A DNA stretch of 64,000 nt, taken from an uncultured Draconibacterium sp. Lineage in GTDB: Bacteria > Bacteroidota > Bacteroidia > Bacteroidales > FEN-979. The notes under the pieces are model-generated. The model saw only the letters and a program-made list of their open reading frames with translations. It was not told the origin of the DNA and searched no databases. Where the stretch lies: assembly GCA_964355945.1 (NCBI GenBank), contig CAYHGE010000002.1:67144-131143 (forward strand). The letters are read 5' to 3'. This document shows, one piece after another, positions 47,941 through 57,478 of this stretch. Each line of letters starts with the position of its first letter. The first letter of the stretch is position 1. Position numbers and translations under genes: made by a program.

Positions 47941-47961
47941 AGACGGGGCATGCCCCGTCTG
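47937..47961. repeat. Palindromic hairpin element, copy 6 (GTAGAGACGGGGCATGCCCCGTCTG)
   Basis: Perfect 20-nt palindrome at 47941-47960, identical to copy 3. It overlaps the stop codon (47938-47940) of the MurD-like gene. Confidence 0.85.
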
Positions 47962-47978
47962 TACATAGAAATGTTAAA

Positions 47979-48926
47979 ATGAAACGATTTTTTTATATCC
48001 CGATATTGATTTTATTATTCGCCGGCAGTGTTTATACACAGAATGCCGGTTATAATGCCATTGTAAATCAATATATTGAAACATATCGTGATATTGCCGT
48101 AAAGGAGATGCTCGATTATCGCATCCCGGCCAGTATCACGCTGGCCCAGGGCATCCTGGAGTCCAATGCAGGGCGAAGTCCCTTGGCAATAGAGGCAAAA
48201 AACCATTTTGGCATTAAGTGCCATAAGGGATGGACTGGGATGACATTTTACAAGGATGATGAAACAAAAAATGAATGTTTCAGGAAGTACAACAATCCCC
48301 TGGAATCATTTAAGGACCATTCTCTTTTCCTGACCACCCGTGATCGATACAAACCTTTGTTCAGCCTTGACATCATAGATTATAAGGGTTGGGCAAACGG
48401 ATTGAAGGCCGCGGGTTATGCCACAAACCCATCCTATCCGCAACTGCTGATCAAGACCATAGAGACCTTCCACCTTGACCGTTTTGACAGGACGTTGTTT
48501 GCAGGGCTTTCGGCCGATAGCCTTGTTGATCCGGATACAATTGAAAATATTGCCTTGAGATACAGGTTTTTACTTGTGGCCAAAGGGATTGGTAACCGCA
48601 ATGTCTTTGAAAACAATGGGTTGCAGCTGATCATAGCAAGAGCGGATGATAATTTGTATGTCATTGCCCGTGATTTTAATACTACCGTTACCAATCTACT
48701 CAAATATAATGATTTATCACGGGCTACCTCGCTTGAACCTGGTCAGATCGTTTACCTTATGCAAAAACGTCGCAAAGGATCAGTAAAAAGTCATCAGGTT
48801 CAAAATGGAGAGACTTGCTATTACATTTCACAACTGTATGGCCTCAGGCTTAAATTTCTGTATAAAAAAAATAATCTTTATGAAGGTGCCAGGCTACAAC
48901 AAGGAATGGTTTTAAGGCTTAGGTAA
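47979..48926 (+). CDS. Peptidoglycan hydrolase: N-acetylglucosaminidase domain plus LysM repeats
   Basis: 315-aa ORF with a signal peptide, a glucosaminidase core (ASITLAQGILESNAG...NHFGIK...YATNPSYPQ) and two LysM-like segments. Confidence 0.8.
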   Translation: MKRFFYIPILILLFAGSVYTQNAGYNAIVNQYIETYRDIAVKEMLDYRIPASITLAQGILESNAGRSPLAIEAKNHFGIKCHKGWTGMTFYKDDETKNECFRKYNNPLESFKDHSLFLTTRDRYKPLFSLDIIDYKGWANGLKAAGYATNPSYPQLLIKTIETFHLDRFDRTLFAGLSADSLVDPDTIENIALRYRFLLVAKGIGNRNVFENNGLQLIIARADDNLYVIARDFNTTVTNLLKYNDLSRATSLEPGQIVYLMQKRRKGSVKSHQVQNGETCYYISQLYGLRLKFLYKKNNLYEGARLQQGMVLRLR

Positions 48927-51680
48927 CCGATAGTTTTTTAAAAATCTGCCGGCTCCTACAACTAAGTTCAGCTGGGCATTGTTTTCCAGGAAGCCCACAT
49001 CAAACGGGGTATTTCCACGGATGCCTGATTCAAGTTCACGGTACCCGTTCTGATCAAAAAGAAAGAGTTCATTGGTTTCAGGCACAACATATCCAATCAT
49101 GGTTTTCCCTTGATTCCCATGCAAAACGAAAGGAGGGTGGCTGATTTCCCGGCGAAATGCATAAGAGTAAACTAATTTATAGTTGCGATTGTAATAATAA
49201 ATGTTGTTTTTATCGGAAAAAACAAACTCCGGCTGGCCATTCCCGGTGATATCTTCATAGAAAAACCGGTGTTCCGGAGAAAATATGTTCATTGTGACCT
49301 CGGTGGTGTGCCCGTTTTCCTGTATAAAGATCACTTTTCCGTCCTGTCCGGTCGTAATAAATGTTCCTTTTTTATTGGTTTTATTCACATGAAATCCCGA
49401 TAACGGGGCATGTGTGAATTTTGGTCCGGGGGTAATCTGCTCATCCCCGGTACGGTCGAGGATTATAGTATTGCCGGTAATACCTGACACCAGGATGTAA
49501 TCCTTATTCCCGACTGTAAAACATGAAACAGGCTCAGTAACATCCTCTTTAAGGTTTGGACGTTTCCACCCGTATTGGGAAACACCATCCATGGTAAAGC
49601 AATATACCCTGTTGTCCTGAAATGCAACCATGATGCGGTAATCAAGGCGTTTATCCCAATCGGCTACGGTAATCCCATTGGTGGCATGAAGCGGAAAACG
49701 CATCGGGAATTTATCTGCAAACCTGCCATCAGAATGAAGCAGGTAGAGATGGGTATCTGTGTTGAAAAGCAAAAACAACGAATCACTTCCGCGAAGCTGC
49801 ACAGGGTGGATATCTCCCAGCATTTTACCCATAATATGCAATTTCCAGGCTATATGGCCCTGGTTGGTGACCATATAAAGGTTGTTGGCAATATCGGATA
49901 CAAGAACTGCCGAATTTCCTGTAGTTGACGTCTTAATGATCTTTGGCTGCCCGACAATGGTCGTGTCAAGGCCAGCTTGCCATTGTAAAGGGCCTTCTCT
50001 CCCCAGGTTCGGGTCGTAGCGTATGAAGAAACTTGAATAGAACTGACCACCTGCGTTGCTGAACTGGAAAGCCACCGATTCAAATTTGCGCAGGGTATCC
50101 ATCATTGGGTTCAATTGATCAGAAAGATCCTGGTTGAGGAGTCTTTTCAATGAACCTGCTGCTTTACGGGTATTGAAATAGGTGAAAATATTCGATTTAT
50201 CAGATAAATTGACCTCAAAATCATTGAATACCCTGTCGTTTGAAAGTGTTGCCCGGTCTGATACTGCATCAATAACCGTCTCAAGATCCCTGGGGTGGGC
50301 GGCGAATACAATGTAATCCTTAACGAAGGTAAAGCAATTGGCTTCATATTTCCCGAACAATTCACCAAAAAGAGCGGGTATAAATGCAGGCAGGGCCAAC
50401 CGGTAGATTTTGTGTCCGTTATAATGTAAGGAGTCATACCTGATGCCAAGGGTATCGGCAAGCGCAAAGAGCGTTGTTACCGTAAGCAGTGAGTCTCTGG
50501 TCTTGAAACCGGTATATCCGACCTCCATGGCTGAATTCGGGTCCTCCAGCACAAAAAGGCAGCCTTCATTTCCCATCCAGGGGAGAAAATACTCACTTAC
50601 ATTTAGCTGGTACCGGTCGATCAGTGAAATAACATCATTTTGCTCTCCGGTAAAGTTTTCCTCATGCTGCATCCGGTTTTGAAACCGTTGGCAGAAACGG
50701 GAGGGGTCACTCCATCCGAGGGCAGTAAAATAGAGCACTTTCTCGGGGATGATGGAGGCAATCTCTTTGGTCTGGGGAGTTTGATCGGTGAAGAGTGAGA
50801 GAAACTGCTGGCTGCTGTCAGAAGCAACTGTGATGCCGTTAAATAACAGTTCATCCTTTTTTATAATAAGGTCGAGCCCGCTCCAGTCGGCGAAATTCGA
50901 AAATTTCAGCAAGTCGGGAAGATTATCTTCCTGCGTTATTTTTGACAGTACGAGTGAAAAGAAGCGATAGTTAATATAGATGTTTGCATCAACTTTTTTT
51001 CCTGCTGTTGCCTGAACTTTCCTGAATCCGGCGGAAGCAGCCATGGGCGTATTCAGTGAAAGCCGGTCAATGGCCCGTTTCACTAAGTCGGCATGGAAAC
51101 TCCCCATAAAAACCCCCTTGAGCACCGCAAAATAAAATGCTTCCCGGCTCCCCCCTGACTGAATCCGGTGCAGGGTGACAGTAGAATATGGAGTTTCTGA
51201 AAGGATCGCTTTGCCGGTGTTTATCTCATTGATAAACTCAAGAATATATGATTCTGGATCTCTTCCGGCAACGGAGGCAAGATAAAGTGCCCCGAAATTG
51301 TTCCGGCCACTTAGGGTAATTGATACCAGGATGTTATATTGTTGGAAAATTTTATTGATTTTTTCATTTTTCCGGCTCGTAGAATCAACATAATGAAGCT
51401 CGTTTTTTACTGTATTGATGCCTGGGAAGCGTGAAAGTGCCCGCCAAAGCAGATTTGACCTGTTAAGTTCTTCGAGCAGGTTACCTGCTTTATTCAGCTG
51501 AATGATCAGTGCTGTATTTCCCGGAATTGCATTGAAGGGTGATTCAGAAGGGCGCTGGAATTTATTATACAGGGTGTAGCCGAGCCAGGAAAAACCTGCC
51601 ACAGCAATAATCACTGCTACTGCAATCAGAATGGTTCTGAAATTCCTCATTGATGGTTTTTGTTGGAAAAACCGCGGCAA
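48912..51680 (-). CDS. Large N-terminally anchored hypothetical protein with a probable beta-propeller C-terminal half
   Basis: 922-aa ORF with one N-terminal TM segment (ILIAVAVIIAVAGFSWLGY). I cannot assign a family with confidence. Confidence 0.6.
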   Translation of the reverse strand: MPRFFQQKPSMRNFRTILIAVAVIIAVAGFSWLGYTLYNKFQRPSESPFNAIPGNTALIIQLNKAGNLLEELNRSNLLWRALSRFPGINTVKNELHYVDSTSRKNEKINKIFQQYNILVSITLSGRNNFGALYLASVAGRDPESYILEFINEINTGKAILSETPYSTVTLHRIQSGGSREAFYFAVLKGVFMGSFHADLVKRAIDRLSLNTPMAASAGFRKVQATAGKKVDANIYINYRFFSLVLSKITQEDNLPDLLKFSNFADWSGLDLIIKKDELLFNGITVASDSSQQFLSLFTDQTPQTKEIASIIPEKVLYFTALGWSDPSRFCQRFQNRMQHEENFTGEQNDVISLIDRYQLNVSEYFLPWMGNEGCLFVLEDPNSAMEVGYTGFKTRDSLLTVTTLFALADTLGIRYDSLHYNGHKIYRLALPAFIPALFGELFGKYEANCFTFVKDYIVFAAHPRDLETVIDAVSDRATLSNDRVFNDFEVNLSDKSNIFTYFNTRKAAGSLKRLLNQDLSDQLNPMMDTLRKFESVAFQFSNAGGQFYSSFFIRYDPNLGREGPLQWQAGLDTTIVGQPKIIKTSTTGNSAVLVSDIANNLYMVTNQGHIAWKLHIMGKMLGDIHPVQLRGSDSLFLLFNTDTHLYLLHSDGRFADKFPMRFPLHATNGITVADWDKRLDYRIMVAFQDNRVYCFTMDGVSQYGWKRPNLKEDVTEPVSCFTVGNKDYILVSGITGNTIILDRTGDEQITPGPKFTHAPLSGFHVNKTNKKGTFITTGQDGKVIFIQENGHTTEVTMNIFSPEHRFFYEDITGNGQPEFVFSDKNNIYYYNRNYKLVYSYAFRREISHPPFVLHGNQGKTMIGYVVPETNELFLFDQNGYRELESGIRGNTPFDVGFLENNAQLNLVVGAGRFLKNYRLPKP

Positions 51681-51774
51681 AGGTATGGTGAAGAAATAAA
51701 TTATGACGAAAAAGTTATCAATAGCTTAAAGGTGAATTGTTAATTGGTTGTCGAATACAGGCGGACTGGCGCAC

Positions 51775-52374
51775 TTAATGTGATGGCAACATTCTGAAGG
51801 TTTTTCTGTGATAGGGGGTTATTCCAATTTCAGCAATGATATCCCGGTGTTTTTTAGAAGGATATCCCTTGTTACTGTTCCAGCCATAAGCAGGGTATTC
51901 TGCATGGATGCGGCACATGAACTCGTCGCGGTAAGTCTTTGCCAATACTGATGCTGCAGCAATTGACAGAATTTTTTCATCTCCTTTTACAATGCAGTTA
52001 TGTGGAATTCCGAAATAAGGCTTAAACCGGTTTCCGTCAATCAGCAGGAGTTCCGGCCGGGTTTTTAACAGATCAACAGCCCGGTGCATGGCAAGGATAG
52101 AAGCCCAGAGGATATTAATCTCATCGATGACTCCTGCATCAATGCTGGCCACAGCCCAGGCAATGGCATTGGATTCAATGACAGGGAGCAACCTTTCACG
52201 TTGTTTCCGGGAAAGTTGTTTTGAATCAGTTAGGATCTCATTCCTGAAATCACGGGGTAGTATCACAGCTGCAGCAAATACTGGTCCGGCGAGACAGCCT
52301 CGACCCGCTTCGTCACAACCCGCTTCTATAAGGTTTTCTGTATAATGACTTAATAGCATGGGGTGAGGCCTCAA
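51775..52374 (-). CDS. rnhB: Ribonuclease HII
   Basis: 199-aa ORF containing [19 protein letters not shown]. Confidence 0.92.
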   Translation of the reverse strand: MRPHPMLLSHYTENLIEAGCDEAGRGCLAGPVFAAAVILPRDFRNEILTDSKQLSRKQRERLLPVIESNAIAWAVASIDAGVIDEINILWASILAMHRAVDLLKTRPELLLIDGNRFKPYFGIPHNCIVKGDEKILSIAAASVLAKTYRDEFMCRIHAEYPAYGWNSNKGYPSKKHRDIIAEIGITPYHRKTFRMLPSH

Positions 52375-53366
52375 CGATACAAAAGATTGTGAATGATCAA
52401 ATTGTTAAACAAAACACTTAAAAAATAGACCAGGAGGATTATCTCAGCCAGCCTGGTCTTTTTTAACCCGATGAGTGTTCCTGTAATCACCATTGACAGT
52501 GCAGGCATGGCCAGTGCCGGATGAAAGATAGCCATCGATCTGGAATAAAAGAAAGATAGCAGGGTAAACAACAGTGTCCAGAGTAAAATGTTGGCTTTTA
52601 CCCGAACCTCAACTGTTTTTTGAGGGCCACTGCGGAACTGCATAATTCCCCACAACGCCAGCAAAAGGGTAAATCCTGAAAGTATCCAAAAATCATTGTG
52701 AAAAGGATTAGGAAAAACAAGAACATAACTGAAAAATATTTTATACTCTAAGGCCCTGGTTATGAACTCATCATGCCAAAAATACCAGACACCAAGGTAG
52801 ATAAATGGGGTGAGAAGCCCGGTAATTGCGGCCATCCAGGCTCTCCAGTTCCCGGCGCGAAACACCAGGAAGCTGATAATTACGAAAATAAACCACAGGA
52901 TAAACGGTAAATAGAACATACTGGCGATAGCAGTAAAGAACCCTGCTGCAAAAATCCTGTCAAGGTGTTCGGGCCGGTTATATGAGATCAGGAGATGATA
53001 TAGAATGAGGATCATAAACCCCAGGGCAATGTTAATGGGATTGAGGGTAAGCTGACCAGGGAGAAAACTCATCATGACCAGAAAAACCAAGGCAGAAAGT
53101 GAAGAGTTTTTCAGAACAAGTTCATGGTAGCTCAATATCCGGGTAAGCCAGTAGGTTTCTGCGATCACAATGGTAAAGCCAAGTCCAGTGGCTAGAAATG
53201 GCATCTGGGAAAGCAAATTGTAGATGACGGTATAGAGCGGCACGGGAACCTCTGGTGCAGGCATGCCGGGAGGGTTGAGAAATGCGCTGACCCATAGGCC
53301 TAATCCGGTAATTCCTATGACTAAGTATTGGATAAAGAAGCTGGATTTAAAAAATTTGATGAACAC
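52371..53366 (-). CDS. Integral membrane protein of unknown function
   Basis: 331-aa ORF that is highly hydrophobic with many TM segments. It overlaps the rnhB start by 4 nt. Confidence 0.6.
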   Translation of the reverse strand: MFIKFFKSSFFIQYLVIGITGLGLWVSAFLNPPGMPAPEVPVPLYTVIYNLLSQMPFLATGLGFTIVIAETYWLTRILSYHELVLKNSSLSALVFLVMMSFLPGQLTLNPINIALGFMILILYHLLISYNRPEHLDRIFAAGFFTAIASMFYLPFILWFIFVIISFLVFRAGNWRAWMAAITGLLTPFIYLGVWYFWHDEFITRALEYKIFFSYVLVFPNPFHNDFWILSGFTLLLALWGIMQFRSGPQKTVEVRVKANILLWTLLFTLLSFFYSRSMAIFHPALAMPALSMVITGTLIGLKKTRLAEIILLVYFLSVLFNNLIIHNLLYR

Positions 53367-53370
53367 TTTT

Positions 53371-53415
53371 AATAAGTGTTAAGTGATTAAGTGTTAAGTT
53401 TTAAGTGCACTAAGG
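53371..53415 (+). repeat. 7/8-bp tandem array built on TTAAGTG: AATAAGTG, TTAAGTGA, TTAAGTG, TTAAGTT, TTAAGTG, CACTAAGG
   Basis: Read directly from the sequence. It fills the gap between the purD stop and the start of the downstream membrane protein gene. Confidence 0.8.
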
Positions 53416-53422
53416 ACGCCGG

Positions 53423-54703
53423 TTACAAGTCAAAACCGATGTCGGTACGAAAGTGTTTTCCTCCAAAGGTTATTTGCCCGGCATTTTTATATGATATTGC
53501 GAGGGCTTCTTTCATTGTCAGACCCATTGATGTGACTGCCATTACGCGTCCTCCATTCGAAATTGCCTTACCCGTTTCGTCATTCAATTTGGTTCCTGCA
53601 TGAAATACCAGGCTGTCATTCACTTTCTCTTCGCCCGCAATGACCTTTCCCTTTTCATAAGCTTCAGGATATCCGTTTGAAACAAGCATCACAGAAGCTG
53701 CAAATTGGGGATCCACCGAGATTGTTTCAGTATCCAGTGACTGATTTGCCACCGCCTTAAACAACTGAACGAGATCATTTCTGAGGCGTGGGATCAGCGA
53801 TTCGGTTTCAGGATCGCCCAAACGGCAGTTGTATTCGATAACATACGGATCTTCGCCCACCTTGATCAATCCGAAGAAGATAAATCCTTTATATTCAATT
53901 CCTTCTGCAAGCAATCCGCTCATGGTAGGCAGTATGATTTGTTGTTTTACTTTCTCCATGAAGACCTCATCAGCAAAAGGAACCGGTGAAATTGACCCCA
54001 TTCCGCCTGTATTCGGACCGGTATCGCCTTCTCCGATTTTTTTATAATCTTTGGCTTCGGGAAGAAGCAGGTAATTTTTCCCGTCGGTAAGAATAAACAC
54101 CGAAAGCTCAATGCCAGACAGAAATTCTTCGATGACTACCTGTTGAGAGGCGGCACCGAAACTGGCATCCTCAAGCATGTGCCGGAGCTCTTTAACTGCT
54201 TCTTCCAGGCATTTACAAATGATGACTCCTTTTCCGGATGCGAGGCCGTCGGCTTTTAACACATAAGGTGCTGTGAGTGAATGAAGAAATTCGATTCCCT
54301 GATCCAGAGTCGTAACATCAAAAGTTTGGTGCCGGGCAGTAGGTATTCCATTTCTGTTCATAAACTGCTTGGCAAAATCTTTGCTGCCTTCCAGCATGGC
54401 AGCTTTTTTTATTGGTCCGATCACTGGAATATGCTGAATCTCCGGGTCTGCAAGAAAGAAATCATGGATGCCATTCACCAGCGGATCTTCAGGGCCGACA
54501 ATCACCATGTTGATGTTCCTGGCCAATACGGCAACCTTGATGCTGCTGAAATCAGTTAAATCAAGTTCCAGGTTGGTCCCTGTTTTCGAGGTCCCGGCAT
54601 TTCCAGGGGCAATATATAATTTTTTAAGTAGTGGGCTTTGAGATAGTTTCCATGCCAATGCATGCTCGCGCCCACCCGAACCCAGCAAAAGGATGTTCAT
54701 CAT
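53423..54703 (-). CDS. purD: Phosphoribosylamine--glycine ligase
   Basis: 426-aa ORF starting MNILLLGSGGREHALAWKL, with an ATP-grasp fold sequence. Confidence 0.95.
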   Translation of the reverse strand: MMNILLLGSGGREHALAWKLSQSPLLKKLYIAPGNAGTSKTGTNLELDLTDFSSIKVAVLARNINMVIVGPEDPLVNGIHDFFLADPEIQHIPVIGPIKKAAMLEGSKDFAKQFMNRNGIPTARHQTFDVTTLDQGIEFLHSLTAPYVLKADGLASGKGVIICKCLEEAVKELRHMLEDASFGAASQQVVIEEFLSGIELSVFILTDGKNYLLLPEAKDYKKIGEGDTGPNTGGMGSISPVPFADEVFMEKVKQQIILPTMSGLLAEGIEYKGFIFFGLIKVGEDPYVIEYNCRLGDPETESLIPRLRNDLVQLFKAVANQSLDTETISVDPQFAASVMLVSNGYPEAYEKGKVIAGEEKVNDSLVFHAGTKLNDETGKAISNGGRVMAVTSMGLTMKEALAISYKNAGQITFGGKHFRTDIGFDL

Positions 54704-54705
54704 TG

Positions 54706-55833
54706 TCAGGATTTAACAGCTTTTTCAATAGATTCCCACAAACGGTCGGCAGTTTGCTGCCATGAGAACATGTCCCTTCGGCGGCGACCTCTGATAATCA
54801 GCTCTTCCCGGATACTTTCGTATTGGTATGCCTTGTACAATGCTTCTGCAATGGATTCCGGATCAAATGGATCCACCAGTATGGCAGCATCGCCTGCAAC
54901 CTCAGGCATGGAAGTGACATTGGAGGTGATGACCGGCACATCACAGCGGAACGCCTCCACAATCGGGATGCCAAATCCTTCGAAATAGGATACATAAGTA
55001 AGGGCAATGGCTGAACCAAGAACATTCGCGAGTTCGTTGATGTCAAGACGTCCGGTGAAAATTACATCATCGGAGTATATCATCCTGTTGAAGGCAAGGT
55101 CGATGTCTCGTGTCCACCATTTCCTAGCCCCGACAATCAGCAACTTTACATCGGAAGGATTCGATTTCTTGAAAAGATCGAATGCACGGAATAGGTTCAC
55201 CAGGTTTTTTCGCGGATGCAATGAACCGATGAAAATAAAATAGGGGAGCCCATTGCTGTAAGCTGCGCGAACTTTCAGCTTTTCCTGTTTGGTCAATGGG
55301 TGATAAGCATCGTTGGCCCCGTCGAATACAACATCAATCTTTTCTGCTGGTACCCTGTATTGTTTCACGATATCAGCCTTGGAATATTCTGATACGGTAG
55401 CAATACGTGCAGCTTTTGCAGCATATTTTGGAAAATACTGCCGGTAAAATCTGCGTGTCCATAAAGGAATATCCTGAGGATAATGTTCAAAGTTCAGGTC
55501 GTGAAAAACCGCCATTGATTTCACCGGGGTTTTTAAAGATAAAAACCCGTCGGGTGACAGAAAAAGATCTGGTTTAATACGCTCAAGGAGTTTGGGAATG
55601 AAATACTCAAACCAGGCATAATAGAGCACAGGATGGCGGGCATGCGGGTACTGAATGATCGGTGTGATGTTATCAGCAAACAGAAATTCAGGATCATAGT
55701 CCCGATCAAAAATGAAAAAGAACTGATGTTCAGGATGTTGGGTCGTAATACGTTTCAGGGATTCATACGTAAACCAACCGATTCCTTCGAGTCTGTTCTG
55801 TATAAGCAGCCGGGTATTAACAGCGATGTTCAT
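54706..55833 (-). CDS. Glycosyltransferase, family 4 (GT-B)
   Basis: 375-aa ORF with the C-terminal EGFGIPIVEA motif. Confidence 0.85.
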   Translation of the reverse strand: MNIAVNTRLLIQNRLEGIGWFTYESLKRITTQHPEHQFFFIFDRDYDPEFLFADNITPIIQYPHARHPVLYYAWFEYFIPKLLERIKPDLFLSPDGFLSLKTPVKSMAVFHDLNFEHYPQDIPLWTRRFYRQYFPKYAAKAARIATVSEYSKADIVKQYRVPAEKIDVVFDGANDAYHPLTKQEKLKVRAAYSNGLPYFIFIGSLHPRKNLVNLFRAFDLFKKSNPSDVKLLIVGARKWWTRDIDLAFNRMIYSDDVIFTGRLDINELANVLGSAIALTYVSYFEGFGIPIVEAFRCDVPVITSNVTSMPEVAGDAAILVDPFDPESIAEALYKAYQYESIREELIIRGRRRRDMFSWQQTADRLWESIEKAVKS

Positions 55834-55842
55834 TAATTTTCT

Positions 55843-55850
55843 TAACTTTG
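55843..55850 (+). promoter_or_regulatory. Candidate -7 promoter box (TAACTTTG) for the wzx-wzz-wzz-wzy unit
   Basis: Matches TAnnTTTG, 72 nt upstream of the ATG at 55922. A strong hairpin lies within the predicted leader. Confidence 0.4.
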
Positions 55851-55884
55851 TAGCAAATATCTGAATTTTTTTTGAGTTATAATA

Positions 55885-55910
55885 AAAAGTTACCGCTCCT
55901 GGTAACTTTT
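55885..55910 (+). promoter_or_regulatory. Leader hairpin (AAAAGTTACC-GCTCCT-GGTAACTTTT) upstream of wzx
   Basis: Perfect 10-bp stem followed by a T-rich run (TTTTATTCTT), 12 nt before the wzx ATG. It has the shape of a terminator/attenuator. Confidence 0.45.
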
Positions 55911-55921
55911 ATTCTTGGTTC

Positions 55922-57397
55922 ATGCAGCGGAAGTTCCTGACAAACCTGGGGTTACTCCTTTTTTTAAATCTTCTCATTAAACCTGTATGGATTTTTGGGA
56001 TAGACCTAACCGTACAAAGAATTGTTGGGGTAGGGGATTATGGCTTTTATTTTGTAATTCTGAATTTTTCCTTTCTGTTTAATATCATTCTCGACCTTGG
56101 GATCACCAACTTTAATAACCGGAATATTGCTCAGAACAACCACCTGCTGAACAAGCATTTTTCCGGGATTCTGGTATTGAAACTGCTTCTGGGCCTTACT
56201 TATATCATCATTGCATTTGCTGTTGCATTGATTCTGAAGTACAATGCTGAACAGTTCAGACTGTTGGGCTGGCTTGCTCTGAACCAGTTTTTATTGTCTT
56301 TCATTCTATACCTGCGATCGAATATTTCGGGCTTTATGATGTTCAAAACCGACAGCATGTTGTCGGTACTCGACCGTTTGCTGATGATTCTTTTCTGCGG
56401 CATTTTACTATGGGGACATCTGACTGCAGTGCCTTTCCGCGTTGAGTGGTTTGTCTATTCGCAAACTGCTGCATATTCCATCACTGCTGCCCTGGCCTTT
56501 ATCATTGTTGTTAAAAAGGCACGGTTTCGCAAACTGAATTGGAACTGGCCATTTTTCCTCATGATCATGAAGCAGAGCTTACCTTTTGCATTGCTGGTTT
56601 TGCTGATGACCTGGTACAACCGCCTGGATCCGGTGATGATGGAATACCTGCTTCCCAAGGAGACAGGAAACGAGCAGGTTGGTATATATGCTTCCGGATT
56701 CCGGTTGCTGGATGCGGCAAATATGATTGCCTATCTTTTTGGGGTACTTCTCGTTCCGATCTTCTCAAAAATGATCAAAAAAAAGCAGCCCATCGAGCAC
56801 ATGCTCAAGTTGTCATTTACACTTATTATCACCCTGGCCATCATTGTCGGGTTTGGATCTTTTTTTTATAGTTATGAAATGATGGATCTTTTGTATGATA
56901 CACACATTCAGGAATCTACAGAAGTTTTCCGCCTTTTGATACCGGGTTTTATCGCAGTGTCTACTACCTACATCTTTGGCACACTGCTTACTGCCAATGG
57001 CAACCTCAGGCAACTCAACCTGATAGCATTTTCCGGGTTGTTGATCAATCTTATTCTTAATTACATGCTCATCCCCATAATGTTGGCTCCCGGTTCTGCC
57101 ATCTCCAGTCTGGTTACTCAATTCACCATGGCCATTCTTCAGGTTCTGATTGTACAACGAATTTTTAAATTCAAAGTCAATTACCGATACCTGCTCACCC
57201 TCCTGTTGTTTTTGTGCGGGGTAATTACATTCAACTTGATTTCCAAAGTAATGGTTATTCCATATGCGTTCCTTCCGGTCAATTATGCATGGATGGGTAA
57301 CTTTGCCCTGATGCTTCTTTCGTCGGTTATCCTGGCCGCCTTTTTACGTCTGTGGAGTTTCGGCGCCCTGGTTAAGATTTTGCGTGAAGACCGCTGA
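55922..57397 (+). CDS. Polysaccharide/oligosaccharide flippase (Wzx-like, MOP superfamily)
   Basis: 491-aa ORF with roughly 12-14 TM segments and a polysaccharide-locus context. Confidence 0.8.
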   Translation: MQRKFLTNLGLLLFLNLLIKPVWIFGIDLTVQRIVGVGDYGFYFVILNFSFLFNIILDLGITNFNNRNIAQNNHLLNKHFSGILVLKLLLGLTYIIIAFAVALILKYNAEQFRLLGWLALNQFLLSFILYLRSNISGFMMFKTDSMLSVLDRLLMILFCGILLWGHLTAVPFRVEWFVYSQTAAYSITAALAFIIVVKKARFRKLNWNWPFFLMIMKQSLPFALLVLLMTWYNRLDPVMMEYLLPKETGNEQVGIYASGFRLLDAANMIAYLFGVLLVPIFSKMIKKKQPIEHMLKLSFTLIITLAIIVGFGSFFYSYEMMDLLYDTHIQESTEVFRLLIPGFIAVSTTYIFGTLLTANGNLRQLNLIAFSGLLINLILNYMLIPIMLAPGSAISSLVTQFTMAILQVLIVQRIFKFKVNYRYLLTLLLFLCGVITFNLISKVMVIPYAFLPVNYAWMGNFALMLLSSVILAAFLRLWSFGALVKILREDR

Positions 57398-57420
57398 TTA
57401 TTTAGCCTTTCCATGTAACT

Positions 57421-57428
57421 TACTTTTG
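57421..57428 (+). promoter_or_regulatory. Candidate internal -7 promoter box (TACTTTTG)
   Basis: Matches TAnnTTTG, 51 nt upstream of the ATG at 57479. Confidence 0.3.
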
Positions 57429-57478
57429 CACATTCCGTATTATTGCCTACCTTTGACACCAATTTTGAAAAGTCATCT

